DNA of 64,000 bases from Octopus vulgaris (Eukaryota). The position numbers and the translations under genes are program-made. Shown one piece after another: positions 42,887 through 57,909 of this stretch. The stretch is taken from NCBI GenBank assembly GCA_951406725.2, contig OX597841.1, forward strand, positions 5,456,001-5,520,000, given 5' to 3'. Position 1 is the stretch's first letter. Every line of letters starts with the position of its first letter. The notes below the pieces were generated by a model that was not told the DNA's origin, ran no database searches, and saw only the letters and a list, made by a program, of their open reading frames with translations.

Positions 42887-45800
42887 AGGCCTTTAAGGTG
42901 TAATTTCTGTGGTAAATCATTCTCTGAGAAACGTTGGTTAATTGCACACGTATCTATCCATACAAGAATTTGACTGTATTATTTATGAAACGTCTTTGCA
43001 GCTCATAGCAACAGACGTTTTAAAAGCCTTTCTCCTTGTGGGCATTGTCAGTAACTGATGAACCCTTGGTAACATTCATAAGCATCAGGGTTCCTTTTTG
43101 AGGTATTGTTAATGATGCCAACCCTTTTTGTAAGCACTTACCTGGGACACACATAGTTTTGCTGGGCACAGGTATTTGTTAGAATTCTGTGTAGAAAATA
43201 ATTTGTATAACCATAAATATTCCCACTTTAGGAACCACTAGATTAGACAATTGTGAGGAGTGGAAACTGATGTGCAGATAAATATAGTTGTGTGTATAGC
43301 AGAATGTAGCACACATGAGAGGCCCATTGATATTAAAGCTGAAATCTAAAAGAGGAGAAACGTGTGAGGCAGTGCAGCTTCATGAGAGCAGACGGTGGAG
43401 AAATCCAGGTGAACATCTTTTAGAGTAACTGGGTTTTTAGGAAGACACAATTTCTTGCATTCTGAAAATATATACTCCATGAAGAAGATTGTGAAATCCT
43501 GTGGAGGTGACGTGGTTAAATAAATATGTATTCAACACTGAAACTTGCTGACTTGGTTTTTATATGTACCTAAATATGTATGTTTGATTGCTTCTCGTTT
43601 ATTAATTGCATCCAAGGTCTTTGATCTTTGTTTGCTTGTTTATTTCAGCTTGCTTCTTATTCCTCTGTGTCAATTTGCTTCTGATGAAGCAATTAGATGA
43701 ACCAAGCTGCTCTTCTTCGTGTTTCTCTGGGCTGTGGGTTCGTTTAGTATCTCAGATAAAAAGTTGAATACATCGTTAGAGCACATCCAACCCTACGCTT
43801 AATAAATCTTTCTGGTTTTGTGTCGAGATATTGAAAAGCTGTGGGCCCTGGAAACCCTAAACCGTTGCAGTATTGGATTCTTACCCAAGATGGAAAGTAG
43901 AAGGTGTTTGGTATGATGCAATGGCATTCAGTCCAGGGGTTACTATAGGTTTCATTACCAAATTTAGGGGTAGACCTTAAAAACTGTATACATCTATATA
44001 CAACGGGCTTCTTACAGTTTCCATCATCCAAATCCACTCACAAGGCTTTGGCTGGCCCGAGGCTATAGTAGAAGAAACTTACCCAAGGTGCCAAGCAGTG
44101 GAACTGAACTGGGGAACTATGCGATTGATAAGCAAGCTACTTACCACACAATTTTGTATTTAAATGCTTCAAATTGTGTAGATTACAATTATATAGGAAT
44201 TTGTTGGGGCTAAACACTACTTGGAGTAGGGGTGGGCAATTCACAGAGTTTGTGAAAACGTATGAGGAAATAAAGATGTGTGAATTTGCCGAAACTCCTG
44301 TCCCCTCATCCTGAAAATGTTTCTCGCAAGTGGTAGAAATAGACCGGATGGTCTTGTCATCTGTGCCTGGGTTAGAGGTAAGGTGCCTCATTTGGGATGC
44401 CACACTCTCCTTTGCTCCTTCTCACATCCTGGATGCTGCAGTATAATGGTGGGGGTCTCTGCTTCCGTAGCAGAATGGAAGAAAACCCTGAGGTATCGGG
44501 ACCTGACAGTGAACTATCTCTTCTACCTTGTGGTGTTTGAGACATTCAGAGGGACTAGGCCATTATCCATGAAGTTCTTGTCAACATTGGCATGTGATGC
44601 CCGTGTGGGTGCATGGTTTTTCTTAACACCTTAGCCTGGCTGTCACCTGTAGTAATACTGTGAGGATGCTGGATTGCTTCAGTAGGTTCTATCAAACCTT
44701 GTGGCGTGCAACCATCGGCTGTGATAAAGGAAATACCTCCTGATATGCTGCAAATCCCTTATTTTGGTTTGGAAAAGTGGGAGGACACTCCCATCTTGGA
44801 ATCATTGGAAATTTATTTTCTTCCTTGAATGAATTCCTCTGACGTAATATGCTACAAAACCTGTTTTGGGGTCCGAAAAACGGGATGGAGTGAGCTAGAA
44901 GCCTTAGAATGTTCGCCCCCCACCACCATTGATCTTTTTATCTACAAAGTTTTCAGTAAGGAAAATAAATTGGATTCTTTTGCAGGGAATCAAGTACCCT
45001 GACCTCCCAATATGCTGCAAATCCCTTATTGTGGTTAACAAAAAATTGGGGGCCTTCCCCACTTTTTTCATGCAGGTGAAAAAATCAGTGAGTGTGGGGT
45101 GAAATTTCTGAAGCTTCCACCTCCGCCCACCCAATTTTATGGACAACAAAAAGAGTTTTGTAGCATATTAGGTCACAGGAATTCATTCAAGAAAATAAAA
45201 AACGCGAAAATATCAAATGATTCCGAAATGGGAAGGGGTGACCCTACCTTCTTGTTTTCCAAACCAATATAAGGGACGTGAAGCATCTTATTAGGTCAGG
45301 GTACTTGATTCCACCCCAAGAATCCAAGTTTTGTTTTTTTTCTCTTAGTGAAAATTATGCGGTTGTTAATATTGGAATTTAATGGAAAAAGCAGGCTCTT
45401 CATCCAGCTCCCTCTCTACCTCCCCTTATTCTCCTCACCATTCCCATCACAACCTGCATCGCCTCCTGCACCCCACCCGACTCTCACTTTGTGCAGCTTC
45501 TATTTTATAATTTTATGCATGCGTGAAAAATTAATAGAAGAAAACACTTTCATTTCATTTCTTGTTACGGGTCAGGGGAGGAGGTGGGTTTTATTTTTGT
45601 TTTTGTTTTGTATATTCTGAAAAATTAGAATTTGCAGTTTTTTTTCAGAATCGTAATCTCCTTATTTTTCTAAATATTTCATCAGAAATATTTTGTTTTT
45701 AGTTGAAAATTTAAGAAATTACGTGGGGGAGATAAAAAATTTTTTAATGCGGATTTGGAATCTCCGCACTCGATATCGTGGGTTCCTGTAAAAACAAAAC

Positions 45801-47812
45801 CAAAAAAACATCGGAAAGAGGGTGCGGTCCATTGTCTTTCCCCCCGCCGTAAACGGAACCCTTCCCCCTTTATTTCAGGGAAAAGTGAAATAACGAACGA
45901 AAGGGATATGGGACTGAAATTTTGATGTTGGGATTGTTGAAAAAATCTTTTCCAGAATCGAAATTTCCATGGCCTAAAAACATGGGATTCCGGAGAAAAA
46001 AAAACAAAAAGAAATTTCAAAGCCGGGAAGGACTCCGTTTCGATCTTCGCTATAGTTGAGGGTCGATGGTCGAAAAAGTTTGGCGACCCCTGATAAAGGC
46101 GTAGGGAACACCACCTGCTGTGTTTCTAATCATATGTCCGTTTAATGAACAAACATACGATTATATGCATTCTAATGCTAAGATGTAATGATGTCAGAAA
46201 TATTTGGCTGCTATTTTTAGCAGGTTCAGTGACAATGCGCAGACACTCTTGTTGAGACGTAATTACTATTTAGCTGGATGAGGTTTTTATCATTTACCTT
46301 GGGTGAGATGCAATTAAAGGTGTGAATTAATATAACTTTAACGTCTTTTCGTGTTATATTGGGGACTTTTAATATATGACACCGGTGTCGTTCAAACGCG
46401 GGAATAATTATCAACAGCTTCTACACGTGCTTCTAATTAAGACGAATCTAATTATATCAGATGTAGTAATACCTCGTGTTCAGGTGAACGTTGATCTCTA
46501 TGAATAACACGAAGCGACTTACATGATTTGTGATTTAATATTTCTCTTGATCACAGCTTTAGTTGGTTGATCCCTATTTTACAGGAAAGGGGAAAAAGCT
46601 TTCAATCTAGGAACTTTGCTCGCCCTTCTTCATATTTCATTTGGACCTTAGATCGAAAGCACGAATTGTTTGTATGCCTGTTGTGACAAATATTGTGCGC
46701 ATTTCTACTATCCATGGTGGGAAAAACAAACTGGATTTCAAGAAAGGATCCTGGTGAACAACAAGTATTCTAATGGTAAGTCAAAAAATATATCTACATA
46801 GCATTTGTTGCACACTTGTTAACGGAGGTCTGTGATATCTAAGACAAGAAACTGAACCATAGGAGGTTAGTCTATATCTACAGACATTTGTCAGCTGTTT
46901 AAGTATTCCTGAAGACAAGCAAGAAGACCTCCCTCACAACGGGTTTCCTTTTGGTAAACGATATTTCCCCTTTCGACACCCGATTTGTGTAATTTTCTTT
47001 TTGGGTCCTTTAATCGTTTAATAATGTATATTTTGCCAGTAAATTTAGGGCATAACTACAGAAATGCGGGATCCTTTCGGTTTGGGGAGTTACCAGAATT
47101 GAAATTGCAAAAATGTTTATATCATTGTTCTGTGACCCTAACCACATCTTTTCAGGGAGTTCTCAAAAATGAAGCCCCCAAAAATCAAAATATTATTCCC
47201 TGCCTAACCTGAACTCATCACATATAAATTTATATAGGTAGATAGATATAGATATGTATATAGGTGCGTGTATGAGTAATGTTACACAATGTTAAAGAGT
47301 AGTTGTAGTTTACAAATTTTTCCATTTCACCCAATGTTATATGATGTCATTTGTTAATTAATAAAGAAATGTTGTAACATTTCTCTTTTGATCTTTCCTC
47401 TCTATCTAATTCTGTTTCTTTATTATTTCAGATTTACGGATGACATTGGCATCAAAGAAATTTTCTTTTATAATGAATACATCTTCAACATTTTTCATCT
47501 TTTAAAGTCTTGAGGAAAAGTTTACACAGAACGAATCGAAGCCTATTTCTATAAATCTTTGTTAGAAATTCTATGAAATGTTTGCTCTGAACTGAGATTA
47601 ATAGCAACATTTTTCTATTTCATTAGCTGATGCTTTGCATTCTCGTTACTCTTTGATGACTTTCTAAATTTGTAGCATCTTTAGATATCAGTGAGGTTTG
47701 CAGTGGAAATATTTGTAAGGAATAAACTATAAAAAGAAGGATAAAGATAGGGGTAAAACTTTAATGTGGTGAGAAAGGCCAAGGATTGTTTCTATTTTGA
47801 TTACTCAAAGAA

Positions 47813-49069
<1,257 letters not shown>

Positions 49070-49169
49070 NNNNNNNNNNNNNNNNNNNNNNNNNNNNNNN
49101 NNNNNNNNNNNNNNNNNNNNNNNNNNNNNNNNNNNNNNNNNNNNNNNNNNNNNNNNNNNNNNNNNNNNN
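49070..49169. other. Assembly gap (100 N)
   Basis: Read directly; true size and orientation across the gap are unknown. Confidence 1.
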
Positions 49170-49350
49170 ACCATTAACCAGTTTTCCTATTCACAATCAA
49201 ATTATTGGAGCTAAGGTGTTATTTTCCACTAACATACGTAATCTGTTTATGACAAATTGCAAAATTTGGAGATAATCTCAACCAATTCACCTGAGAACTT
49301 ATAATCGCATTGTGAAATATACTTTTAAGTGTAGAATTGTTGAAAAATGT

Positions 49351-49762
49351 GGCGATCCTTCAGTTTAACTCAATAAAACAACCTTTTCTCCCACCCCTAA
49401 CCCTAATATATATAAAAAAACACTTTCTTGAAATGTATCCAGTACCTATACCGAAATTACGCCTATTTACTTAATTTAAAAAATGTTTACTTTGTTCGAA
49501 AAATATTATTTAATTTTCTTTGATATGTATTCAGCCTTGATATACAAACATACGCGGTAGTCATTGTAGGATCGACCAATTACGACTAGCTAGCGCGAGT
49601 GCGCGCACCGGGTCCACAGTTTGTTAGTAGTACCTTATATTGGGGTACTTAAAACAGAATTCTGCTGATTAACTGACCGAAGGATCGCCTATTATGCGTA
49701 ACTTCGGTATGAGTACCGAATACATTTCAAGAAAGTGTTTTTTTTATATATGGGGGTTAGGA
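49351..49762. repeat. Interleaved inverted repeats, probable DNA-transposon remnant
   Basis: GGCGATCCTTC (49351) / GAAGGATCGCC (to 49689), and ~65-bp arms 49398-49462 / 49697-49762 with CCTAAC motifs; no TSD found. Confidence 0.5.
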
Positions 49763-50075
49763 TTAAATTTCTTTATTATCCATAAGGATTAACACAGATG
49801 GGGACAATACAATGATGGGGGTTAGGATTAGGGAACTCAGACAGATTATGGGGTACCACATTGTAGTTTGCCTGGTGGCAAAATATTTATGACGTCGTTC
49901 CAATATTACCTTTAATTCAAATATCAGTGAGGGGGGCGGTGCGCATTCATGCCGTCGAGAGGTAGGCCCGAAACGGCGCGCATTCTCTCCTGATGACCCC
50001 ATACACTTGCTAGCTTCCGGTATACGGAGCTTTTAACTAGTAGCACTTGCGTGTGTGCAAGTTGTTTGCGAGACA

Positions 50076-50087
50076 TACGCATGCGCA
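50076..50087. promoter_or_regulatory. NRF1/EWG-like site in the CpG-richer putative promoter of gene G
   Basis: TACGCATGCGCA; flanks homologous to 8860-9080. Confidence 0.55.
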
Positions 50088-50280
50088 CTGAAATGTATTG
50101 CCTTTAATTGATCGCTTCAAAGTTTTTCATTGTTTAATGAATTCCTTTTAATCAAGCACCTTTCACAGTTATTTGAACATTTCTCGTCCACCACAAACAC
50201 TTATAATACATTTTTCAACAATTCTACACACTTAGAATAAATTTCACAACTACTACACACAGAGTTATAACAACATTTCT

Positions 50281-50686
50281 GTAAGTATAATTAAACAATG
50301 AAAATATTTCGTCTTTTAATATTGTAGTCATTTGTGTTTGACGAATTGATTCTTTGTGTCTGTCCTACATTTTATACATGAAATGTGCCTACTTTCTGCG
50401 TGATTTGGCTGCTATTTCTGGCTACGAAGCCTATTTTGTTGCCTGTCCATCGTTGCAACGTTAGTTTGTTGTATACTCTTTTACTCTTTTACTTGTTTCA
50501 GTCATCTGACTGTGGCCATGCTGGAGCACTGCCTTTAATCGAGCAACTCGACCCCGGGACTTATTCTTTTGTAAGCCCAGTACTTATTCTATCGGTCTCT
50601 TTTGCCGAACCACTATGTAATGGGGACATAAACACAACAGCATCGGTTTTCAAGCAATGCTAGGGGGACAAACACAGACACATACA

Positions 50687-50741
<55 letters not shown>

Positions 50742-51724
50742 GACGGGCTTCTTTCAGTTTCCGTCTACCAAATCCACTCACAAGGCTTTGGTCGGCCCGA
50801 GGCTATAGTAGAAGACACTTGCCCAAGGTGCCACGCAGTAGGACTGAACACGGAACCATGTGGTTGGTTAGCAAGTTACTTACCACACAGCCACTCCTGC
50901 GCCTGGTTTAGTTTGAGAAATATTTTGTATTACACTAGACTCAGTCTATTATAATTTGGTTTCAAATTTTCTGACAATGCCAGCAATTTAGCTGGTGAAT
51001 AAGTCGATTACATCGATTCCTGTGCTTGGCGATCTTTCGTTTTAACTCGAAATAATGTAAACACTGAATCGGTCATTTCCGTGACCACCTGTTGTCTTAT
51101 CAATTGTCAATTGGGAAGACAAAGCCAATGGGTTGTGCGTGCGTGCTTGTTCCTCTGTGTGTTATTTCTACAAATGCTGGTGCCATGACAAAAGCACCGC
51201 GTGCTGGTGCCGCATAAAGAGCACTTGTAATGGTGCCACATAAAGGGCACTTTTGCTGGCACTTAGTACACTCTATAAGGTGACTGGCATAAGGAAGGGC
51301 ATCAAACCATAGAAACCATGCCATAAGAGGCAAATTAAAACAAATCGTTCAACAATTGTCAATGCGTTCTATGGTGGTGATGACGATGTCTTTGGAGAGA
51401 ATGCCTTGAATCATGTTTGTCCAGTCAAAGCTGACCTGGGGCTGAATAACCATGTCCAATTATAATTTTGGAGAGAGAGTGTGTTATCGTCTACTATTTT
51501 GTAGTTTAATACATTTTAGCACAATGTGAAGGTGTATCTCTTGTTTACAAATGTGTATGCTTCTGTTATATAAATTTTAGTAAATTAAAATACTCAGTCG
51601 TGAAAGTAAATATTTGTTCCTGCAATTAATCTCTATAGAAATGGTATAAGTTTTCCGCTATTAAATCTCTGCTTTTCAAGTAGCCTCCATATTTTAAACT
51701 GATTTTTTTTTCTCATTATTTCAG
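50281..51724 (+). other. Putative 5'UTR intron of gene G
   Basis: GTAAGT at 50281; TTTTTCTCATTATTTCAG ending at 51724. Confidence 0.65.
50480..50903 (-). mobile_element. Apparently full-length tRNA-derived SINE with internal (TA)n
   Basis: Head 50741-50903 (A/B boxes), (TA)n 50690-50740, 3' part 50480-50680; absent from the gene A intron. Confidence 0.8.
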
Positions 51725-52112
51725 AATAACAGATGACATTGGCATAACAGAAAATGCACCTTCAAACCATTCTATCTTTTAAAGACTGAATGTAAATGCT
51801 ATATGGAAGAGACAGCTAGCATTATTTCTATAAATTCATTGTAAAATTCCAATGACATTTTGCTCTGAACTGAGATTATTAGCAAAATTTCTGTGTCATA
51901 ATCTGGAGTGTATACAAAGTGAGTTTGTGTGCTAATAAAACTTGGATAAATTTTCAGAAGTTTTTAGATAAAAGGAAAATTGGACAGAAATACAGCAGCT
52001 GAAAAAATAGCAAAGATTAAACAATAGGAACAAAAAATATATAGAAATATAGACATATTTTTATTTCAGAAATAAATATTGCAAAAACTTGAGGAATTTT
52101 TCTGTTGGAGAC

Positions 52113-54569
52113 ATGCCTAAAGACAGAGGAAAGCCATCATGTGAATTTAATATCTGTGAAAAGTCATTCTCTGAAAATGGTAACCTAACAAAACGTAAGT
52201 GCAATAATACAAGGAAGAAGCAATTTTGCTGCAATATCTGTGGGAAATCATTCTCTTTACGTAGTAGTTTAAGATTTCACCAACGAGTTCATACGGAAGA
52301 GAAGCCATATGGATGTGATATCTGTGGGAAATCATTCTCTGTACGTGGCAACTTAACATCTCACCGTCGAGTTCATACGGGAGAAAAGCCATATAGATGT
52401 GATATCTGTGGGAAATCCTTCTCTCAGAATGGAAACCTAACTTCACACAAACGTACTCATACAGGAGAGAAACCATATCACTGTGGTGCTTGTGGTAAAT
52501 CGTTCTCTGGAGGGAGTGCTTTATATTTCCACAAGCGAATTCATACAGGAGAGAATCCGTATTGCTGTGATATCTGTGGTAAATCATTCTCTGTACATAC
52601 CAACTTAATATCTCACCGCCGTGTTCATACAGGAGAAAAGCCGTATCAATGTAACATCTGTGGCAAGTCGTTCTGTCAGAATGCAAGCCTAACTACACAC
52701 AAACGTATTCATACAGGTGAGACACCAAATCACTGTGGTATTCGTGGTAAATCATTCTCTCAAGGTAATGATTTAACTAAACATAAGCGAATTCATACAG
52801 GACAGAAGCCGTATCACTGTGATATCTGTGGTAAATCATTCTCTGCAAGTGGTGTGTTAAAATCTCACAAACGTACCCATACAGGAGAGAAGCCGTATCA
52901 CTGTGGTATTTGTGGTAAATCATTCTCTCAAAGTGGTACTTTCATATCTCACAAGCGAATTCATACAGGAGAGAAGCCATATCCCTGTAATATCTGTGGT
53001 AAATCATTCTCTACGAATGGAGGCCTAACTGCACATAAACGTATTCATACAGGAGAGAGACCATTTCATTGTGACATTTGTGGTAAATCTTTCATCAGAA
53101 ATAATTCTTTAACTTCTCACCAACGTATTCATACAGGAGAGAAGCCATATCAGTGTGATATCTGTAGTAAATCATTCTCTGCAAGGGGTGTGTTAACATC
53201 TCACCAACGTACTCATGCAGAAGAGAAGCCATATCACTGTGATATTTGTGGTAAATCATTCTCTAAAAGCGATGCTCTGAAGTCTCACAAGCGAATTCAT
53301 ACAGGGGAGAAACCATATTGCTGTAATATCTGTGGTAAATCATTCGCTCAAGGTTTTGACTTAACTAAACACAAACGAATTCATACAGGAGAGAAGCCGT
53401 ATCACTGTGATGTCTGCGGTAAATCATTCTCTTTGTCATCAAGCCTAACTACACACAAACGTATTCATACAGGAGAGAAACCATATAAGTGTGGCATCTG
53501 TGGTAAATCTTTCGCCCGAAATTATACGTTAACTTCTCACAAACGGATTCATACGAGAGACAAGCCATATCAGTGTGATATATGCGGTAAATCATTCTTT
53601 AAAAGTAATGCTTTAAAAGTACATAAATCTATTCATACAGGAGAGAAGCCATATAACTGTGATATCTGTGGTAAATCATTCTCTACGGATCATTCTCTAA
53701 CTGCACATAAGCGTATTCACACAGGAGAGAGGCCATACAGTTGTGATATCTGTGGTAAATCATTTCCTCAAAATATTCACTTAACTAAACACAAGCGTAT
53801 TCATACAGGAGAGAAGCCATATCAGTGTAATATCTGTGGTAAATCATTCTCTGAAAGCAGTACTTTGAATTCTCACAAACGTATTCATACAGGAGAGAAG
53901 CCATACCAGTGTGATATCTGCAATAAATATTTTTCGCACAATAACAATTTGACTATTCACAAACGTATTCATACAGGAGAGAAACCATTTCAGTGTGATA
54001 TTTGTAAAAAGTCATTCTCTGACAGAACTAGATTAAGAACACACAAGTATATTCACACAGAAAAGAAGCCATACCAGTGTGATATTTGTGGGAAGTCATT
54101 CTCTCAAAGTAGTAATTTGATGTCACACAGGCGTAGTCACACAGGGGAGAAGCCATATCGGTGTAATATCTGCGGTAAATCATTCTCTGTAAGTTCTAGC
54201 TTAACAGTTCATAAACGTATTCATACAGGAGAGAAACCCTATCAGTGCGATATCTGCAGTAAATCATTCGCTGTAAGTTCTGGCTTAACAATACACAAGC
54301 GTACTCATACAGGAAAGAAGCCATATAAGTGTGATATTTGTAAGAAGTCATTCTCTGATAGTAGTAGTTTAAGAGCACACAAGCGTAGTCACACTGGTGA
54401 GAAGCCATATCAGTGTGATATCTGTGGTAAATCATTCGCTAGAAGTAGTAACTTAACAAAACATAAACGTACTCATACAGGGGAGAAGCCTTATAAATGT
54501 GATATTTGTAGCAGATCATTTTCTCAACTTAGTAATTTAAGATTACACAAATGTGCTCATACAGGATAG
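52113..54569 (+). CDS. C2H2 zinc-finger protein G, 818 aa from ATG 52113, ~28 fingers; paralogue of A
   Basis: [11 protein letters not shown] start matches [11 protein letters not shown] of A (the track's 52089 start is TTG); collinear C-terminal fingers; ends HTG-TAG. Confidence 0.92.
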   Translation: MPKDRGKPSCEFNICEKSFSENGNLTKRKCNNTRKKQFCCNICGKSFSLRSSLRFHQRVHTEEKPYGCDICGKSFSVRGNLTSHRRVHTGEKPYRCDICGKSFSQNGNLTSHKRTHTGEKPYHCGACGKSFSGGSALYFHKRIHTGENPYCCDICGKSFSVHTNLISHRRVHTGEKPYQCNICGKSFCQNASLTTHKRIHTGETPNHCGIRGKSFSQGNDLTKHKRIHTGQKPYHCDICGKSFSASGVLKSHKRTHTGEKPYHCGICGKSFSQSGTFISHKRIHTGEKPYPCNICGKSFSTNGGLTAHKRIHTGERPFHCDICGKSFIRNNSLTSHQRIHTGEKPYQCDICSKSFSARGVLTSHQRTHAEEKPYHCDICGKSFSKSDALKSHKRIHTGEKPYCCNICGKSFAQGFDLTKHKRIHTGEKPYHCDVCGKSFSLSSSLTTHKRIHTGEKPYKCGICGKSFARNYTLTSHKRIHTRDKPYQCDICGKSFFKSNALKVHKSIHTGEKPYNCDICGKSFSTDHSLTAHKRIHTGERPYSCDICGKSFPQNIHLTKHKRIHTGEKPYQCNICGKSFSESSTLNSHKRIHTGEKPYQCDICNKYFSHNNNLTIHKRIHTGEKPFQCDICKKSFSDRTRLRTHKYIHTEKKPYQCDICGKSFSQSSNLMSHRRSHTGEKPYRCNICGKSFSVSSSLTVHKRIHTGEKPYQCDICSKSFAVSSGLTIHKRTHTGKKPYKCDICKKSFSDSSSLRAHKRSHTGEKPYQCDICGKSFARSSNLTKHKRTHTGEKPYKCDICSRSFSQLSNLRLHKCAHTG

Positions 54570-54891
54570 AAGCCACATCACTGATATTTGTGGTAAATCA
54601 TTCTCTCAAAGTCATGGCTTATCTAGACACAGATGTATCTAGATGAAAGTGTAACTGTATCAACAAACATTTGAGTTCCTGCTGAAATGAGGTGGGCTTA
54701 GCTTTGTGAACTTTACCCATGACAACAACCAAGCCACCCATCATTGGCTCTCTTTCTGAGGTTGTCTTTTACAGCTGTTTGAACTTTTAATGATGCCAAC
54801 CTTTTTTATTTTCTGCTTACCACATGAAGGAATATGGTTTAGTGTCAAATTTCTTTCTTTCTATTTTAAATTTAAAAACAAACACCGTCTT

Positions 54892-55305
54892 CATCATCAT
54901 CATCATCTTCGTTTAGTGTCCGCTTTCCATGCTAGCATGGGTTGGACGGTTCAACTGGGGTCTGTGAAGCCAAAAAGCTTCATCAGGCCCAGTCAGATCT
55001 GGCAGAGTTTCTACAGCTGGATGCCCTTCCTAATGCCAACCACTCCGTGAGTGTAGTGGGTGCTTTTTACGTGCCACCCGCACATGTGCCAGACAGATTT
55101 GGCAAACGGCCACGAACGGATGGTGCTTTTTATGTGCCACCGGCACGGGGCCAGGCAAGGATGGCAACGGACACGAACGGATGGTGCTTTTTATGTGCCA
55201 CCGGCACGAGGCCAGCTGGGGCGGTGCTGGCAACGGTCGCGAAACGGATGGATCTCTTACATGCCACCGGCATTGGTAACACATCTGCAATTTCCATTGA
55301 TCAAT
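54892..55305 (-). mobile_element. Nin-like SINE with (GAT)n tail, inserted in the gene G 3'UTR
   Basis: Gene A has the empty site CACCGTCTTCTATAATT (4868-4884, minus). Confidence 0.8.
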
Positions 55306-55433
55306 TTCTATAATTAAATGTATGTACATTGGAAAAGAAATATAACAGTGTGTGATAAGAGCCTTCCCACACTCTATGTTTTATATTAACTCAACTAAAC
55401 ACTGTTGAGATAACTTACCTCTGTAATAGTTTT

Positions 55434-55439
55434 AATAAA
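55434..55439 (+). terminator. Putative polyadenylation signal of gene G
   Basis: AATAAA conserved with gene A, followed by a T/GT-rich tract. Confidence 0.5.
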
Positions 55440-55914
55440 AGCAATTTCCTCCAGATTTTGAATTTGTTTTGAGTGTGTTGAAACCAATATTGTTATATTT
55501 GGGAAGAATCAATTGGTAAAGTCTATAAACCAGGCATGTGTTAACAGTAATTACTCAGGGTCGGCAGTAGGTGATGTTAATGTTGTAAAACAAAGAAAAA
55601 TAAGGCGTGCAACCATGTTGGAGGCAGATTTAATTCTACCTATATAGTATGTAAGGAAAACAATGTTGGAGGAATGTACATAGCATATGTATGGCTTTGA
55701 TGCTGCAATTGAAAGGTAGGGGCAAATTATGGCCACCTGATCTACAAAAAAATTAATTATATTGACTTTTATGCATAGTAATCAGAGTAACCCTCTTGAT
55801 TTTATTGAATTTGGTGCATGTTTTGCCATAAAAGGAAACTTATTATCGATCTATTTTATTCAGGGTAGACACTGCCTACCCAGGCGGCACATCCCTGCCA
55901 CAAACACATTCACC

Positions 55915-56530
55915 TCTTTCTTGTTTCAGTCATTTGACTGTGAAAATGCTTAAACACCAACTTAGGTTTTAGTTGAACAAATTGACCCCAGGATTTATTC
56001 TTTGTAAGCCTTGTAATTGTTTTATTAGTCTGTTTTGCTGAACCATTAAGTTACGGAGGTGTAAGAATACCACCGCTTGTCAGGCAATGGTGGTAGGGAT
56101 AAACATATATATATACATGTGATATGAGTGCCAGTGGCACATAAGAGAACCATCCGAACGTGGCCATAGCCAGTGCCGGTGGCACGTGAGAGAACCATCT
56201 GAACGTGGCCGTAGCCAGCGCCAGATCGACTGGCCTCTGTGCCGGTGGCACATAACAAACACCATCCGATTGTGGCCGTTGCAAGCCTCGTCCAGTCTCC
56301 GTGCCAGTGGCATGTAAAAACCACCATCCATGTGTGGCCGTTCGCCAGCCCTGTCTGGCACGTAAAAAGTACCAACTACACTCACGGAGTGGTTGGCATT
56401 AGGAAGGGCATCCAGCTGTAGAAACACTGCCAGATCTGACTGGCCTGGTGCAGCCTTCGGGCTTCCCAGACCCCAGTTGAACCGTCCAACCCATGCTAGC
56501 ATGGAAAGTGGGCGTTAAACGATGATGATG
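55915..56530. mobile_element. SINE 3' fragment (55915-56100, minus) plus Nin-like SINE with internal tandem repeats (56120-56530, plus)
   Basis: Similar to 50495-50680 and to 54892-55275 (inverted); (GAT)n tail at 56520-56530. Confidence 0.75.
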
Positions 56531-57099
56531 ACATACATACACACACACACACACACACATATATATATCAATTAGAAAAAAAAACACCTATCAATTCAAT
56601 AATGAAAAATTAAATTACACAATCTAGAAAATTGCATATTATAGAAAGATTAAATATAAGATAAAACATATAACGATGATTAAGTAAAGTGCAAAATAAT
56701 AAATAAAACGTAAATGCATGGGCGACTGCTGGTCTTCCATAAACAACCTTGCTTGGACTTGTACCTGAGAGGGTAACTTTCTAGGTGCAATCATTCAGGG
56801 GGTCTCAGCATCTATGGCTTACTACTACAATAAGAACGTGTACACACTTACTCAACAAGAAATTAACTCTCTTAACCTCGTATGCTTTTCCATTTACTAA
56901 TTGTACAAATGAACCCATTATGGTTTTGACTACATACTAAGTTACGATGAATTAATTTTTGTTTACAATTTCGATCAATGTTCTTCTGTCATCTTACTCA
57001 TCTGCAACATCAACACCCGTTGCAATCGCTAACTGCCGACTCCAACAATCACCACAAATTACCGTTACAATTGGTAATCACTGACTCCACCTAACAATA

Positions 57100-57330
57100 C
57101 CTATTTCTTTATTACCCACAAGGGCCTAAACACAGAGGGGACAAACAAGGACAGACATAGGTATTAAGTCGATTATATCGACTCCAGTGCGTAACTGGTA
57201 CTTAATTTATCGACCCCGAAAGGATGAAAGGCAAAGTCGACCTCGGCGGAATTTGAACTCAGAACGTAACGGCAGACGAAATACGGCTACGCATTTCACC
57301 CGGCGCGCTAACGTTTCTGCCAGCTCGCCG
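57100..57330 (-). mobile_element. tRNA-derived SINE with Meta-like domain
   Basis: Minus strand: GGCGAGCTGGCAGAAACGTTAGC...GAGTTCAAATTCC...GCCTTTCATCCTTTCGGGGTCGATAAATTAAGTACC. Confidence 0.8.
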
Positions 57331-57909
57331 CGTTAAGATGGCAAAATATATCTGACATCGTTTCAATAGCACTGAGAGGAAAAGGGGCTCAAATAGGGGT
57401 CAGCTTCTATCGCACTGCCATACAACAGACGCATGCGCACTAAGATTGCTTCCGTTTATTTCTTCACTTCCCAATTTTTGCCTCCTTAATGAATTCCTTT
57501 TAATCAAGCACCATGCACAGTAATTAAGCATTTATCGTCCACTGCACACGCTTTTATAATACATTTTTCAGCAATTCTATTCACAACTACCATACACACA
57601 CACACGCAGTTATAACAACACTGTCCTTTATAAAACATTTCCATAAGTATTCAACAATGAAAATATTTCATCTTTAGTCATTTGTTGGCATTCTTTCGAT
57701 ATAACTCGACAAAACCAAAACCTTTCACTTCGGGTGTTTCCGTGGGTTGTGGAGTATAGATATAACGAAATTATGCCAGCAAGGCGATCCTTCGAAACGT
57801 TTCACTTCGGGTGTTTCCGTGGGTTGTGGAGTATAGATATAACGAAATTATGCCAGCAATGTCTCGTTTTAAACTTGAAGAAAAAAAAGCCTCGCCTATT
57901 TGTTCTTAC
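57310..57909 (+). promoter_or_regulatory. Orphan inverted copy of the gene A promoter, exon 1 and part of the intron MITE
   Basis: Near-identical reverse complement of ~8673-9201; donor changed to ATAAGT (57643); no ZNF CDS follows on the plus strand. Confidence 0.8.

Noticed and set aside
52089-52112. Track start of gene G at 52089
   Set aside because: TTG codon; ATG 52113 matches the start of paralogue A.
56120-56375. Repeat-spacer pattern GTGCCGGTGGCAC...
   Set aside because: Internal degenerate tandem repeats of a SINE family present several times in the window.
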